NCBI GenBank assembly: GCA_027314915.1
Contig: DAHUZZ010000003.1
Location: 64,815-128,814 of the forward strand
Length of the DNA stretch: 64,000 nucleotides
DNA from: Thermoplasmata archaeon
GTDB taxonomy: Archaea > Thermoplasmatota > Thermoplasmata > Lutacidiplasmatales > UBA184
Reading direction: 5' to 3'
Shown here: piece by piece, positions 16,404-25,446 of the stretch
Position numbering within the stretch: position 1 is the first letter of the stretch
Layout: each line of letters starts with the position of its first letter
Program-made: the position numbers and the translations under genes
Notes under the pieces: model-generated
What the model was told of the DNA's origin: nothing
Databases searched by the model: none
The model's input: only the letters and a program-made list of their open reading frames with translations

Positions 16404-17254
16404 CCCACCGACCGGACCCAGCGCCAGGTCTCCGAACCGTGGAGGGCCGCCCACCGCGCCCCCGCGAAGATGGCGAAGGCGAGGAGCACCAGGAGCGCCG
16501 AGACGGCGACGGCGCCGGAGAGGTCGCCGATCTGGTAGAGGTTGAAGATGAACACCGAGAGCGGGCTCGTCACCGGCCCCGCGTAGGGCCCGGTCGGATA
16601 GACCGCGTAGGCGACGAGGAGGAACCCGCCGATCTCGCTGATGCCGCGACCCCAGGAGAGGAGCGCGCCGGCCAGGATCCCGCGCAGCGCCCCGGGGAGC
16701 ACGACGGAGGCGAACGCCTCCGAGGGGCTCGCGCCGAGGCTGCGCGCCGCCTCGACGACCCCGCGGTCGATGGCGCGGAAGGCGACCTCGCTCGCGAGGA
16801 CCGTGTAGGCGACGCTCACGTAGAACATGACCATGACCACGCCCCAGATCGTTTCGACGGGCGGGAAGCCGTAGCGGGCCAGGGCGGAGCCGAGGGGGCT
16901 GTCCGGGGCGACGAGCAGGAGGATCGCGAGCCCCCCGATGACGTGGGGCAGCACGGTGGGGAGCGTGATGAACGACTCCACGAGGAGCTTCCCCCGGAAC
17001 GGCCGTCGCGCGAAGAGGTAGCCGGTCGGGATCCCGAAGAGCAGCACGAGCCCGAGGCTGATGGCCGAGGCGAGGAGGGTGAGGCCGAGCGACGCGCGCA
17101 CCGCGGGATCCCCGGCCGCCTGTACCAGCTCCCCCCAGCTCGTCGCCCGGAAGAGGGCGAGGAGCGGTAAGAACAGGAGCACGACGAGCGCGGCGGCGAG
17201 GGTGATCTGGAGCCCGAGCCCGGCGCTCAGGTGGGTTCGGGACCGTGGGGGCAT
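16400..17254 (-). CDS. wtpB: ABC transporter permease, tungstate/molybdate type
   Basis: 284 aa, multi-TM. EAA-like loop VEAARSLGASPSEAFASVVLP. Confidence 0.9.
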   Translation of the reverse strand: MPPRSRTHLSAGLGLQITLAAALVVLLFLPLLALFRATSWGELVQAAGDPAVRASLGLTLLASAISLGLVLLFGIPTGYLFARRPFRGKLLVESFITLPTVLPHVIGGLAILLLVAPDSPLGSALARYGFPPVETIWGVVMVMFYVSVAYTVLASEVAFRAIDRGVVEAARSLGASPSEAFASVVLPGALRGILAGALLSWGRGISEIGGFLLVAYAVYPTGPYAGPVTSPLSVFIFNLYQIGDLSGAVAVSALLVLLAFAIFAGARWAALHGSETWRWVRSVG

Positions 17255-17272
17255 GGGCGGACTCCCCCGACG

Positions 17273-18382
17273 CTAGCCGGGCAGGCCGAGCGAGCTCGGC
17301 GCCGGGACCACCTCCGGCTGGAGGGTGGCGGGCAGCGCCGCCGAGCCCCAGCCGTAGGCCGGGACGATCGGGTCGAACCCCATCTGGGAGAGGAGGGCCG
17401 CCCCGGCGGGCGAGAGCAGGGTCTCGACGAAGAGCTCGCCGAGCGTCGCGTTCGGTGCGTTCGTGGGCACCGTGATCGCGAAGGCGACGGGCGCCCCGTG
17501 CACGACGACCGAGGCGCCGGACGCGTTCTCGATGGTGGTGGAGGCCTCCGCGTAGATGGTGAGGAGCGAGGAGTTGAACCCGCCCAAGTTCACGCGCGGG
17601 TCGAAGTTGACGAAGTCCAGGTGGTGCTCGAGGGCGTAGGAGCGGTAGGTGATGTAGGCCACCACGACGTGCTCGGAGAGCAACGTCGCGACCTCCGTCT
17701 CCGGCTCGATCCGGACCGTGCCGGGGTCGGCCTGGGCGAATCCGCCGGGGGGGCCGGAGAAGAAGTGGCCGTAGACCGCGCCCGACGAACCCTCGACGAG
17801 GATCCCCTCGAGCTCGAGGACGAAGATCTCGTTGTAACCGTTCGGATCGCTCGAGGCGTTCGCGAAGCCCACGTACTCCCCGGCGGGGAGCGCGAGGAGC
17901 TTCCCGGCCCAGTTCGTGGAGTTGATCCCGGCGAGCGCCGGGACCGATGGATCGTAGGCGAGCACCTCCGGCGTCGAGGCGAAGAGCGCCTCCCAGGTGG
18001 CGTACCGCGGGCTCAGGAGCTCGGGGATCAGGTGGTAGTCCGCCGCGGCGGCGACATCGTACAGCCCGTGCGCCTCGGAGATCTGGTCGAGCGCGGCGAG
18101 GCTGCCTTCGTAGGTCTGCGCGGCGGTCGGGGCCTGCGCTCCGGGGCTCTCGTTCACCACCCGCCCCGCCACCACGGGGAAGGTGGTGCCGAGGGTCCCC
18201 GCGGCCGTGATCGAGAGCACGGGGGAGCCCGAGTTCGGGCTGGGGGGGCCGATCGGGGAGCCGTCCTGGGACCCCCGCAGCAGGTACCCGCCGAGGAGGC
18301 CCGCCGTGAGGCAGAGGATCGCGATCGCGACGGCCCAGAGCGGGTGCAGGCGGCCGACCATGGATGTGGGTAGTTCCCACAT
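17273..18382 (-). CDS. wtpA: Periplasmic-type substrate-binding protein, WtpA-like (tungstate/molybdate)
   Basis: 369 aa with an N-terminal anchor helix. AAGTL...YDVAAAADYHLIPELLSPRYATWEALFASTPEVLAY resembles the WtpA SADY.LIP..M.P.YADW block. Alternative start at 18361 (MVGRLHPLW...) sits 24-29 nt after a CTTAAG island. Confidence 0.8.
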   Translation of the reverse strand: MWELPTSMVGRLHPLWAVAIAILCLTAGLLGGYLLRGSQDGSPIGPPSPNSGSPVLSITAAGTLGTTFPVVAGRVVNESPGAQAPTAAQTYEGSLAALDQISEAHGLYDVAAAADYHLIPELLSPRYATWEALFASTPEVLAYDPSVPALAGINSTNWAGKLLALPAGEYVGFANASSDPNGYNEIFVLELEGILVEGSSGAVYGHFFSGPPGGFAQADPGTVRIEPETEVATLLSEHVVVAYITYRSYALEHHLDFVNFDPRVNLGGFNSSLLTIYAEASTTIENASGASVVVHGAPVAFAITVPTNAPNATLGELFVETLLSPAGAALLSQMGFDPIVPAYGWGSAALPATLQPEVVPAPSSLGLPG

Positions 18383-18455
18383 CGCTTAAGCGCTCGCCCA
18401 TCGGGGGACGGCCGGCGCGCCCGGCTCCCGGGCGGAGCTCATCTGCCCGGGCCGC

Positions 18456-19223
18456 GTGCCGGCCGCGACGACCGACGCACCTCCCTACCGGACCCGGGCC
18501 CTCGATCGGCCGGACGCCGTCGAGCGCGAGCTGCCGGGCGAGCTCTCGGGGCCGTTCCGGCCGTACCTGGCCTACTTCGCGCGCGAGCAGCTGAGGAGCG
18601 GCGGCGAGGTCCGCCTCCTGGAGCGGGACGGGCGCGTGGCCGGGCTCCTCCTCCTCGATCCCGTGGAGCGGCTGGGGACCCTCTTCACCGAGGACCCGGA
18701 GCTGGCGGGACAGGTCGCGGGCTCGCTCCACGGCCTTGGTCTCTTTGCGCCGTTCCCGCTCGCGGCCCACGCCGAGCCGTTCCGCCTCCTCCGGGGACCG
18801 GCGGGGCCCGAGGACGCCGCTTACCCGTTCCGCCACGCCGTCCGGCGGACCCGTCCGGAGGAGTACCCCCGGGTGGGGCGCCTCCTCCACGAGATCGAGG
18901 GACGGCTCAACCCGCGCTGGCTCGAGGGCGCGCCGCCGAGCGAGGGGTGCCTGCAGGTGGAGTACGGCGGGGAGCTCGCGGGCGCGGGCTGGGTCTCGGT
19001 CGTCGGCGCGCACGCCCGGCTCCACTCGCTCGCGGTCCGGCCGCGGTACCGTCGGCTGGGCATCGCCACGGACCTCGTCCGCGCCCGGAAGATCTGGGCC
19101 TACCAGCACGGGGCCCGGTCGGTCCTCTCGGAGATCGCGGCCGGCAACACCGGGTCGCTCGTGCCCACCGAGCGCGCCGGGCTCTCGGCGATCGGGGAGA
19201 TCTTCCTCACGCGCCTAACGTAG
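18456..19223 (+). CDS. GNAT family N-acetyltransferase
   Basis: 255 aa. Acetyl-CoA motif A HSLAVRPRYRRLGIATDLV. Confidence 0.75.
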   Translation: MPAATTDAPPYRTRALDRPDAVERELPGELSGPFRPYLAYFAREQLRSGGEVRLLERDGRVAGLLLLDPVERLGTLFTEDPELAGQVAGSLHGLGLFAPFPLAAHAEPFRLLRGPAGPEDAAYPFRHAVRRTRPEEYPRVGRLLHEIEGRLNPRWLEGAPPSEGCLQVEYGGELAGAGWVSVVGAHARLHSLAVRPRYRRLGIATDLVRARKIWAYQHGARSVLSEIAAGNTGSLVPTERAGLSAIGEIFLTRLT

Positions 19224-19238
19224 CGCCCCGTGGCCGCC

Positions 19239-20297
19239 CTAGCCGAGCGGCGCGCCGCACCGCGGGCATGTCGGGGTGCCGGGGCTGACGAGGGCGCCGC
19301 AGTACCGGCAGTTGACCTTGACCTCTTCGCGGACGACCACCTGCTGGACGGCCGGCTGGTCGGAGGGCGTGAGGTGGATCGCCGGCGGGGGCGGGCCCCC
19401 CGGCGGCGGCGCGTAGGGCACCCGTCCTCCCGCGGAGTGTTGGGGCAGCGACCGGCGGCGGGACCGCCGGGCCAGAACGACCACCACGATGAGGACGAGG
19501 ACCACGACGACGACCGCGAGGAGGACGTAGAGGAGCAGGTCGGAGGAGCTCCCGGACGTCGGCGGGGGCGGGGCCGCGGCGGCGGTCAGGGGGTAGCTCG
19601 TCGAGGTGACGACGAGCCGATCGATGAGGTCGAAGCCGTTCCCGCTCGCGTCCCGGTCCTGCTCGGTGTAGACGTACCCCACGATGTAGCCGGTCGCCGG
19701 GTCGAAGAACGCCTTCCACGTGTAGCTCGCGGTGAACAGGCCGTAGGAGTCGTTCCGCTGGTAGGACCCGTTGCCTTCGCCGAAGAGGGTGCGCGCGTAC
19801 CCCGTCGACGTGACGCCGACCGGGAAGGAGGCGTTCGTGGTGACGACGCTCATGGGGGTGTTCAACAGGACGAACCGCCCGCCGGTCCCGAGCGTGTTGT
19901 CGATGTAGAACCAGACGTAGGGCCGCGTGTAGCCCGTCTGGTTGTCCGTGCCGCTCACGTAGCGGAAGGTCACCGGCGAGAACGTGAACGAGCCGCTCGA
20001 GCTCCAGTGCTCCGCGTCGCCCTGGTTGTCCCGCCAGGAGTTGTTGTTCGAGTAGTACGCCGCCGCGGTCTGGTTCGGCAGCACCCCCGAGACCGAGATC
20101 GAGCCGTTCGTGAACGTGCCGTCCTGGTAGCCCGTGTAGTTGCCGGTGCCGTTGCCGACGACCGCCACCTCGGAGTACGCGAAGCGGTCCCCCGCGGCCG
20201 GAAGATGGTGCGCGGCCGGCGCGGGGTGGGCCCCCGCACCGAGGCTGCCGAGCAGCAGGGCCACGAGCAGCGCCGCGAGGAGCGCGCGGAGGATCAC
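19239..20297 (-). CDS. Secreted N-glycosylation-rich protein with single TM and cytoplasmic C-terminal zinc ribbon
   Basis: 352 aa starting VILRALLAALLVALLLG (GTG in a GTGA overlap at 20294-20297). Many N-x-S/T sequons. TM LLLYVLLAVVVVVLVLIVVVVLA. C-terminus CRYCGALVSPGTPTCPRCG. Confidence 0.7.
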   Translation of the reverse strand: MILRALLAALLVALLLGSLGAGAHPAPAAHHLPAAGDRFAYSEVAVVGNGTGNYTGYQDGTFTNGSISVSGVLPNQTAAAYYSNNNSWRDNQGDAEHWSSSGSFTFSPVTFRYVSGTDNQTGYTRPYVWFYIDNTLGTGGRFVLLNTPMSVVTTNASFPVGVTSTGYARTLFGEGNGSYQRNDSYGLFTASYTWKAFFDPATGYIVGYVYTEQDRDASGNGFDLIDRLVVTSTSYPLTAAAAPPPPTSGSSSDLLLYVLLAVVVVVLVLIVVVVLARRSRRRSLPQHSAGGRVPYAPPPGGPPPPAIHLTPSDQPAVQQVVVREEVKVNCRYCGALVSPGTPTCPRCGAPLG

Positions 20298-21835
20298 CCG
20301 CTGAACCCCCCCATCGAGTGGATGTGGCCCGGGTGCACCCCGCCGAGGCCGCTGAAGGTGGAGTAGTACGCCCCGTGGGTGACGAGCACGGGCAGGAAGA
20401 AGAACCTCGGGCCCGCCAGCCCCGCGAGCCCGGCGGGGGGCGGGACGACCCGGGGGGTCGCGTCGAGCTCGGTGATCGTCTCCGACCGGATCTCGTGGAC
20501 CATCCGCACGGCGAGGCAGATGAGCTCGGCCTGGGAGAGCGCGGCGGCGCGCCGGCCGATGATCCCGTAGGCCCTCTCGATCAGGTTCAACGACTCGTTG
20601 GCCTCGAGCACCGGCACCGAGGCCACGATCGCGGCCGCGACGAGCGGGTAGGCGAGGTAGGCGCCGATCCCCCGGAGGAGGATGGCGAGCTTCGTGTCCG
20701 TGCCCTCGGGGGGCAGTTCGGAGACGGTGAGGTAGGCCGAGGCGAGCTCGACGTCCTCGGAGGCGGTGTAGCCCCACTGCGTGAACTTGCCCCGCCAGGC
20801 CTGGAACTTGCCGGCGAGGGCGTCCGGAGGAAGGTTCACGATGGCGAGCAACGCCGCCGCCTCGTAGGAGGGCGTGGACCGGAGGAACCGCTCGAGGTTC
20901 GGCACGGCGAACGAGCCGTCGGTCCGCTGGGCGAAGCAGAGGACCGAGGCGATCCCGAGGGAGGAGGCCGCGGGCACGCCGAGCTGCTCGACGGCCGGGA
21001 CCAGGGCCCGGAGCTGCGGGAGCACCGTGTCGAGCGGCCGCGGGACCGCCGTCAGGATCTCGGAAGCCATCAGGCGGTTCTCGTCGTTCTTCGAGAACGG
21101 GCCGAGCTGGCCGTAGGTCTCGAGGAACTTCTGGACCGAAGCGGCGGGCTCCGCGGTCTGGCGCGCGAGCCCGATCGAGATCGCCCAGAGGTAGGACCGG
21201 TCCGCCCCCGGGATCGCGCTCGCGACCGTACCGAAGCACTCCGAGCTGCGGAGGGCGTTCGTCTCGAGCTCCTGCTCGAGGTCCTGCGACTGCTTCCAGT
21301 AGTCGGCGAAGCTCTTGTCCGAGACCCGGTAGAGGCGGAGCCCGAGCTCGCGCATCTGGAGAAGACCGAAGCCCGTGAGGGCCACGTACCCCCCCGGGTA
21401 GCCGGTGGCGGCATCGTAGATCGACTTCGCGGACATCAGATCGGCGAACGCGGCCTCGCGCTGCCGGAGCTCCGCGTCGAGCCCGGCGAGCGCCTGCTCG
21501 TCCTGGGCCAGCCGCGCCGCGTCCGCGGCCCGGTGCTTCCCGCCCGCCAGGTGGAACAGGATCGAGTGGGTGTGGCGGACCTCGCCCGCCACCTCCTGCG
21601 CCTTGGCCGCCCGCGCGGCCTCCTCGGCGCGGAGCGCGTTGCCGGCGCCGTCCAGCCCGCCCCCCGAGGACGTGCCGGCGATCCGCGCCCCCAGCTCCGC
21701 GTAGGCCGGTGGCGTCAGCTGCCGGAGGAGCCCGGCGGCCTCGAGGACGCTCAGGTCCTCCGGCGGCAACGGGGTCGAGATCTGCCGCTGGCTCGCCTGA
21801 AGGAGGAAGTCGTAGACGGCCTGACAGTTCGCCAC
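20294..21835 (-). CDS. Hypothetical 513-aa mostly helical protein
   Basis: Normal amino-acid composition. GTG start 1 nt after the upstream stop. Gly/His-rich C-terminus. No family recognised. Confidence 0.7.
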   Translation of the reverse strand: MANCQAVYDFLLQASQRQISTPLPPEDLSVLEAAGLLRQLTPPAYAELGARIAGTSSGGGLDGAGNALRAEEAARAAKAQEVAGEVRHTHSILFHLAGGKHRAADAARLAQDEQALAGLDAELRQREAAFADLMSAKSIYDAATGYPGGYVALTGFGLLQMRELGLRLYRVSDKSFADYWKQSQDLEQELETNALRSSECFGTVASAIPGADRSYLWAISIGLARQTAEPAASVQKFLETYGQLGPFSKNDENRLMASEILTAVPRPLDTVLPQLRALVPAVEQLGVPAASSLGIASVLCFAQRTDGSFAVPNLERFLRSTPSYEAAALLAIVNLPPDALAGKFQAWRGKFTQWGYTASEDVELASAYLTVSELPPEGTDTKLAILLRGIGAYLAYPLVAAAIVASVPVLEANESLNLIERAYGIIGRRAAALSQAELICLAVRMVHEIRSETITELDATPRVVPPPAGLAGLAGPRFFFLPVLVTHGAYYSTFSGLGGVHPGHIHSMGGFSG

Positions 21836-21836
21836 G

Positions 21837-23051
21837 TTAGAGGTCGAGTATCGGGAACGTAAGATATAGCTCTCGCTCGGACAGCGCGTTGCGGACCTCG
21901 AGCTCCAGGCGGCCCGGCGCCCGGCGGAGACGCAGGAAGGGGTCCGTCGCGAGCGCGCGCTCGAGGAGCGATTCGAACCGCCCCTTCCGGGGGCCGCCGG
22001 GGCCGAAGCGCCGGCTCCGCTCGGCCTCCAGCTGCTCGTAGGCGAACATGCCCTCGTACAGCGAGCGGTAGATCTGGTCCTCGATCTTCTCCCGGACCGC
22101 GGCGCGTCCGACGGTGACCTCCTCGATGCCCTCGAGGTCGACGAAGTGGACCGTCCCGTCGGGGGCGAGGACGGCGTCCTTGTCGAGCCAGACGTCGTGG
22201 TAGTCGAGGCCGCGGAACTCCTCCGGCGCGGGTCCCCGGCGGAGGCTCCGCGCGAAGAGGGTCAGCATCGCGAGCGCACTCCTCATGAAGTTCACCTCGA
22301 AGCCGTAGGCGCGGGCGGCGGTATCCACGCCGAACTGGTCGAAGACGCCCGCCGCGTCGGCGCCGACGGTGGTGCGCGCGTGGAAGTAGATCCGCACGTT
22401 CGACGGGACCAGGCGAAGCTCCTGGACGATGCGGCCGGGGAACCGCCGGTACCAGTGGATCCCCCGCACGGCCGCCTCGAGTTCGGGCGGCAGGTAGGAG
22501 ATGCGGACCACGGGGGCGATCCGGAACCCGTTCAGGTTGGTGAGATCGGCCCGCTCCGAGACGCTCAGCGCCTGGCTCGCGTGCCCGAGCCCCTGCCCGC
22601 CGTACGGTGAGCCCCGGAGCCAGAGCTCCCCGGTGATGAACCGGGCCGGGGCCCCGGTCGGAGCCGCGCTCAGCCGCCGCCGCGTCTCGGCATCCTCCGT
22701 GAGCTCGAGCACCGTGGCGAGGTCGAGCGGCCGGTCCGCGAACGGATCGAACGCGGACCCGACCCCCTTCACGGAGAGATAGTACGGGACGCCGTCGAGG
22801 GTGGCGATCGGGTCGGGCCGGACCGCGCCCCGGTTGTCGTCCTCGAGGAACTCCCCCCGTTCGACCGGGCTCTCCCGAAGGAGCGGCGCGAGGCCCGGGG
22901 GCACGTACACGCGGGCGAACGACTCGGGAACGATCCCCAGGAACTGCGGGTTCACCCTCCCCTCGGCCGGGTAGCCGAGGAGGGTCAGGGGGGTGCCGCG
23001 CAGCCGGCGCGGGGCGGCCGTCCCCGTCCTCCCCACCGGTACCGGATCCAT
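21837..23051 (-). CDS. Hypothetical protein with possible protein-kinase-like/phosphotransferase fold
   Basis: 404 aa. YYLSVKGVGS (beta3-Lys-like) and YHDVWLDKDAVLAPDGTVHFVDLEG, which resembles the HxDxxxxN catalytic loop plus a DFG-like metal-binding strand of APH/kinase-like enzymes. Assignment by eye only. Confidence 0.65.
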   Translation of the reverse strand: MDPVPVGRTGTAAPRRLRGTPLTLLGYPAEGRVNPQFLGIVPESFARVYVPPGLAPLLRESPVERGEFLEDDNRGAVRPDPIATLDGVPYYLSVKGVGSAFDPFADRPLDLATVLELTEDAETRRRLSAAPTGAPARFITGELWLRGSPYGGQGLGHASQALSVSERADLTNLNGFRIAPVVRISYLPPELEAAVRGIHWYRRFPGRIVQELRLVPSNVRIYFHARTTVGADAAGVFDQFGVDTAARAYGFEVNFMRSALAMLTLFARSLRRGPAPEEFRGLDYHDVWLDKDAVLAPDGTVHFVDLEGIEEVTVGRAAVREKIEDQIYRSLYEGMFAYEQLEAERSRRFGPGGPRKGRFESLLERALATDPFLRLRRAPGRLELEVRNALSERELYLTFPILDL

Positions 23052-23114
23052 GCGCTGCCTCGGGCCCGCCCACGTCGGAGGCGGCGCGGGGGGCCCCGCC
23101 GCGCAACGAGGGGT

Positions 23115-23123
23115 GTAAATACA
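23115..23123 (+). promoter_or_regulatory. TATA-like island (GTAAATACA) upstream of mscL
   Basis: AT island about 45 nt upstream of the ATG at 23167 in an otherwise GC-rich intergenic region. Confidence 0.3.
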
Positions 23124-23166
23124 AGGTTTTTCTGGGGAGTTTGACGCCTAGAGGGATTGGAGTAGT

Positions 23167-23589
23167 ATGGGGGTATGGGACGACTTCAAGACCTTCGTGA
23201 TCAAGGGCAACCTCATCGCCACCGCGACGGCGTTCGTCGTCGCGCTGGCGGTCACCGCCCTGATCACGGCCATCGTCAACGACCTGATCCTCCCCGTGGT
23301 CGCGGCGTTCTTCCACGTGAACTTCCAGAGCCTGGGGATCGTGACCGTCAACAACAGCCAGCTGCTGTTCGGGTCGCTGCTCGGGGCCCTGGTCACGTTC
23401 CTGATCCTGCTCGCCGTGATCTTCTTCATCTTCATCTACCCCTACGAGAAGGCGAAGGCGCGGTACGCGAAGAAGGAGGCCGATACGACCCGGAAGTGCC
23501 CCGCCTGCTTCTCGGACATCTCCGTCGCGGCGACCCGGTGCGCGTTCTGCACCTCGACGGTCGTCCCGACGAACCCGGCGACGAGCTAG
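23167..23589 (+). CDS. mscL: Large-conductance mechanosensitive channel MscL with C-terminal zinc-ribbon extension
   Basis: FKTFVIKGNLIATATAFVVALAVTALITAIVNDLILP matches the conserved MscL N-terminus/TM1, followed by a second TM. The extra tail is CPACFSDISVAATRCAFC. Confidence 0.85.
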   Translation: MGVWDDFKTFVIKGNLIATATAFVVALAVTALITAIVNDLILPVVAAFFHVNFQSLGIVTVNNSQLLFGSLLGALVTFLILLAVIFFIFIYPYEKAKARYAKKEADTTRKCPACFSDISVAATRCAFCTSTVVPTNPATS

Positions 23590-23596
23590 GGGCCGC

Positions 23597-25402
23597 TCAC
23601 ATCCGCTCGAGCGGTTCGAGCCCGAGGAGCTCGAGGGTGTTGCCGAGCGCCTGCCGACCGGCGGCCACGAGCGCGAGGCGGCTCTCCCGGCCGGTCTCCG
23701 CCTTGAGCACGGGGACCTCGTTGTAGAACCGGTTGAACTCCTCGGCGAGGTCGTGGGCGAACGTCGCCACGGCGTGGACGTGCCCGGAGCGGGCCGCGTA
23801 GCTCACGACCGAGGGCAGCCGCGCGATCGTCCGGAGGAGCGCCCGCTCCCACTCCGTGGAGAGCTCGGCGACGTAGTAGGGGTACGGTCCGCCCGCCCGC
23901 TCCGCCTTGCGGAGGAGGCTCGAGGCCCGGGCGAAGGCGTACTGGAGGAAGGGCCCGCTCTTGCCCTCGAAGGAGAGCGCCTCCTCCCACCGGAACTGGA
24001 CCGCCTTCTCCGGGGCCACGCGGAGGATCGAGTAGCGGATCGCCCCCGCGCCGACCTTCTCGGCGATCTCGGAGACCTCCGCCTCCGAGAGGTCGTTGCG
24101 CCGCTTCAGGACCTCGCCCCGGGCGCGCTCCACGGCCTCGCCGAGCAGATCATCGAGCCACACCGCGGTGCCGCCGCGGGTGCTCATCTTGCCCCCGCCG
24201 GGCGCCTGGATGTAGGCGTACAGGACGAACTCGGGCCGCCGGGGCTCCCCGATCTCCTCGAGCAGAGCCTCGAGGGTCCGGGCGTGGAGGAGATGGTCCG
24301 CCCCGAGGACGTCGACCACCCGGGGGAACCGGGCGAACTTCGAGAGGTGGAAGGCCAGGTCCCGGGTCACGTAGAGCGAGGTGCCGTCGGAGCGTCGCAC
24401 GATGATGTGCTGGTTGTCCTTCGGGAGCCCGTAGGCGCTGCCGTCGATGGACTCCGCCCCGTTCTCCTCGACGAACCGGTGGGGGGACTTCGCGAGCCGG
24501 CCCAGGACCGCCTCGACCGATCCGTCGTGGAGGAACGAGGACTCCCAGACGAACTCGTCGAATCCGATCCCCAGCCGGGCGAGCGAGGCGAGCATCCCGG
24601 AGAGGATCCGTTCGGCGAGCGCGCGATGGCCGGCGGGCTCCCGGCCGGCTTCCAGCTGCCGGCTGAGCTCCTGGACCTCCTCCGCCGCGTCGGGATGCGA
24701 CTTGAGGTAGGCCGCCGCCGCAGGGTACGGGGCACCGAGCACGTGGTCCTCCTTGGTGGGCGCGGCCTCGCCGACCTCCGTGGGGTCGCCCGCGATCTCC
24801 GGCGGCCAGGACGCCCTCGGCTTCGACCAGATCCAGGTGATGATCGCGGCCTGCCGGCCCACGTCATCGACGTAGTACTGCGACGTCACGGGGTGGCCGC
24901 GGGCGCGCAGGACCCGCACCAGCGTGTCCCCGATGATGGCGTTGCGGACCCGACCGATGTGGAACGGGCCGGTCGTGTTCGCGCTCGTGTGCTCGACCGA
25001 GACGGCCCCGGGCTCCGCGGGCCCGTGCCCGTAGCCGGCCCCGAGCGCGAAGACCCGGGCGAGCGTCGCCTCGGCCAGGGCGGCGCCGTCGGCGGCGAAG
25101 TTGAGGTAGGCCCCGGCGGCCCAGATCCGCTCGAACCCGGGCAGCGCCGAGATCTCCTCCGCCAGGGCCCGGGCGAGCTCGTCCGGTCGCTGGCCGAGCG
25201 ACTTCGCGGGCCGGTGGAGCGCGAGGGCGAGGTCCGCGGGCGGCTGCGCGGGGGCCTCGAGCTGGGCGAGAAGCCAGCCGGGATCGAGGACCGCCCCGCG
25301 GTGCTCGAGGCGGACCCCGACCTCTTCCAGGACCCGGGCGCGGAGCGGGGCCCACGGATCGTCCGGCCCCGCGACGGGCGCTCCATCTGTCGCGTCCGCC
25401 AT
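23597..25402 (-). CDS. argS: Arginine--tRNA ligase
   Basis: 601 aa. SANTTGPFHIGRVRNAIIGD (HIGH region) and GGGKMSTRGG (KMSKS equivalent). DALR-type C-terminal domain ending ...LGLEPLERM. Confidence 0.95.
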   Translation of the reverse strand: MADATDGAPVAGPDDPWAPLRARVLEEVGVRLEHRGAVLDPGWLLAQLEAPAQPPADLALALHRPAKSLGQRPDELARALAEEISALPGFERIWAAGAYLNFAADGAALAEATLARVFALGAGYGHGPAEPGAVSVEHTSANTTGPFHIGRVRNAIIGDTLVRVLRARGHPVTSQYYVDDVGRQAAIITWIWSKPRASWPPEIAGDPTEVGEAAPTKEDHVLGAPYPAAAAYLKSHPDAAEEVQELSRQLEAGREPAGHRALAERILSGMLASLARLGIGFDEFVWESSFLHDGSVEAVLGRLAKSPHRFVEENGAESIDGSAYGLPKDNQHIIVRRSDGTSLYVTRDLAFHLSKFARFPRVVDVLGADHLLHARTLEALLEEIGEPRRPEFVLYAYIQAPGGGKMSTRGGTAVWLDDLLGEAVERARGEVLKRRNDLSEAEVSEIAEKVGAGAIRYSILRVAPEKAVQFRWEEALSFEGKSGPFLQYAFARASSLLRKAERAGGPYPYYVAELSTEWERALLRTIARLPSVVSYAARSGHVHAVATFAHDLAEEFNRFYNEVPVLKAETGRESRLALVAAGRQALGNTLELLGLEPLERM

Positions 25403-25446
25403 ACTCGGGAGTAACGCTCAAGCGAGGGAGCCAACTTAAGGGTGCC

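Noticed and set aside
15369-19109. 1246-aa minus-strand ORF spanning the whole ABC operon
   Set aside because: Only the last 344 codons (from the ATG at 16403) encode the ABC ATPase. The upstream part is an out-of-frame read through wtpB/wtpA with Arg/Pro-rich nonsense.
23148-23435. 95-aa Lys-containing ORF antisense to mscL
   Set aside because: It lies entirely within the well-supported mscL gene, and no motif is present.
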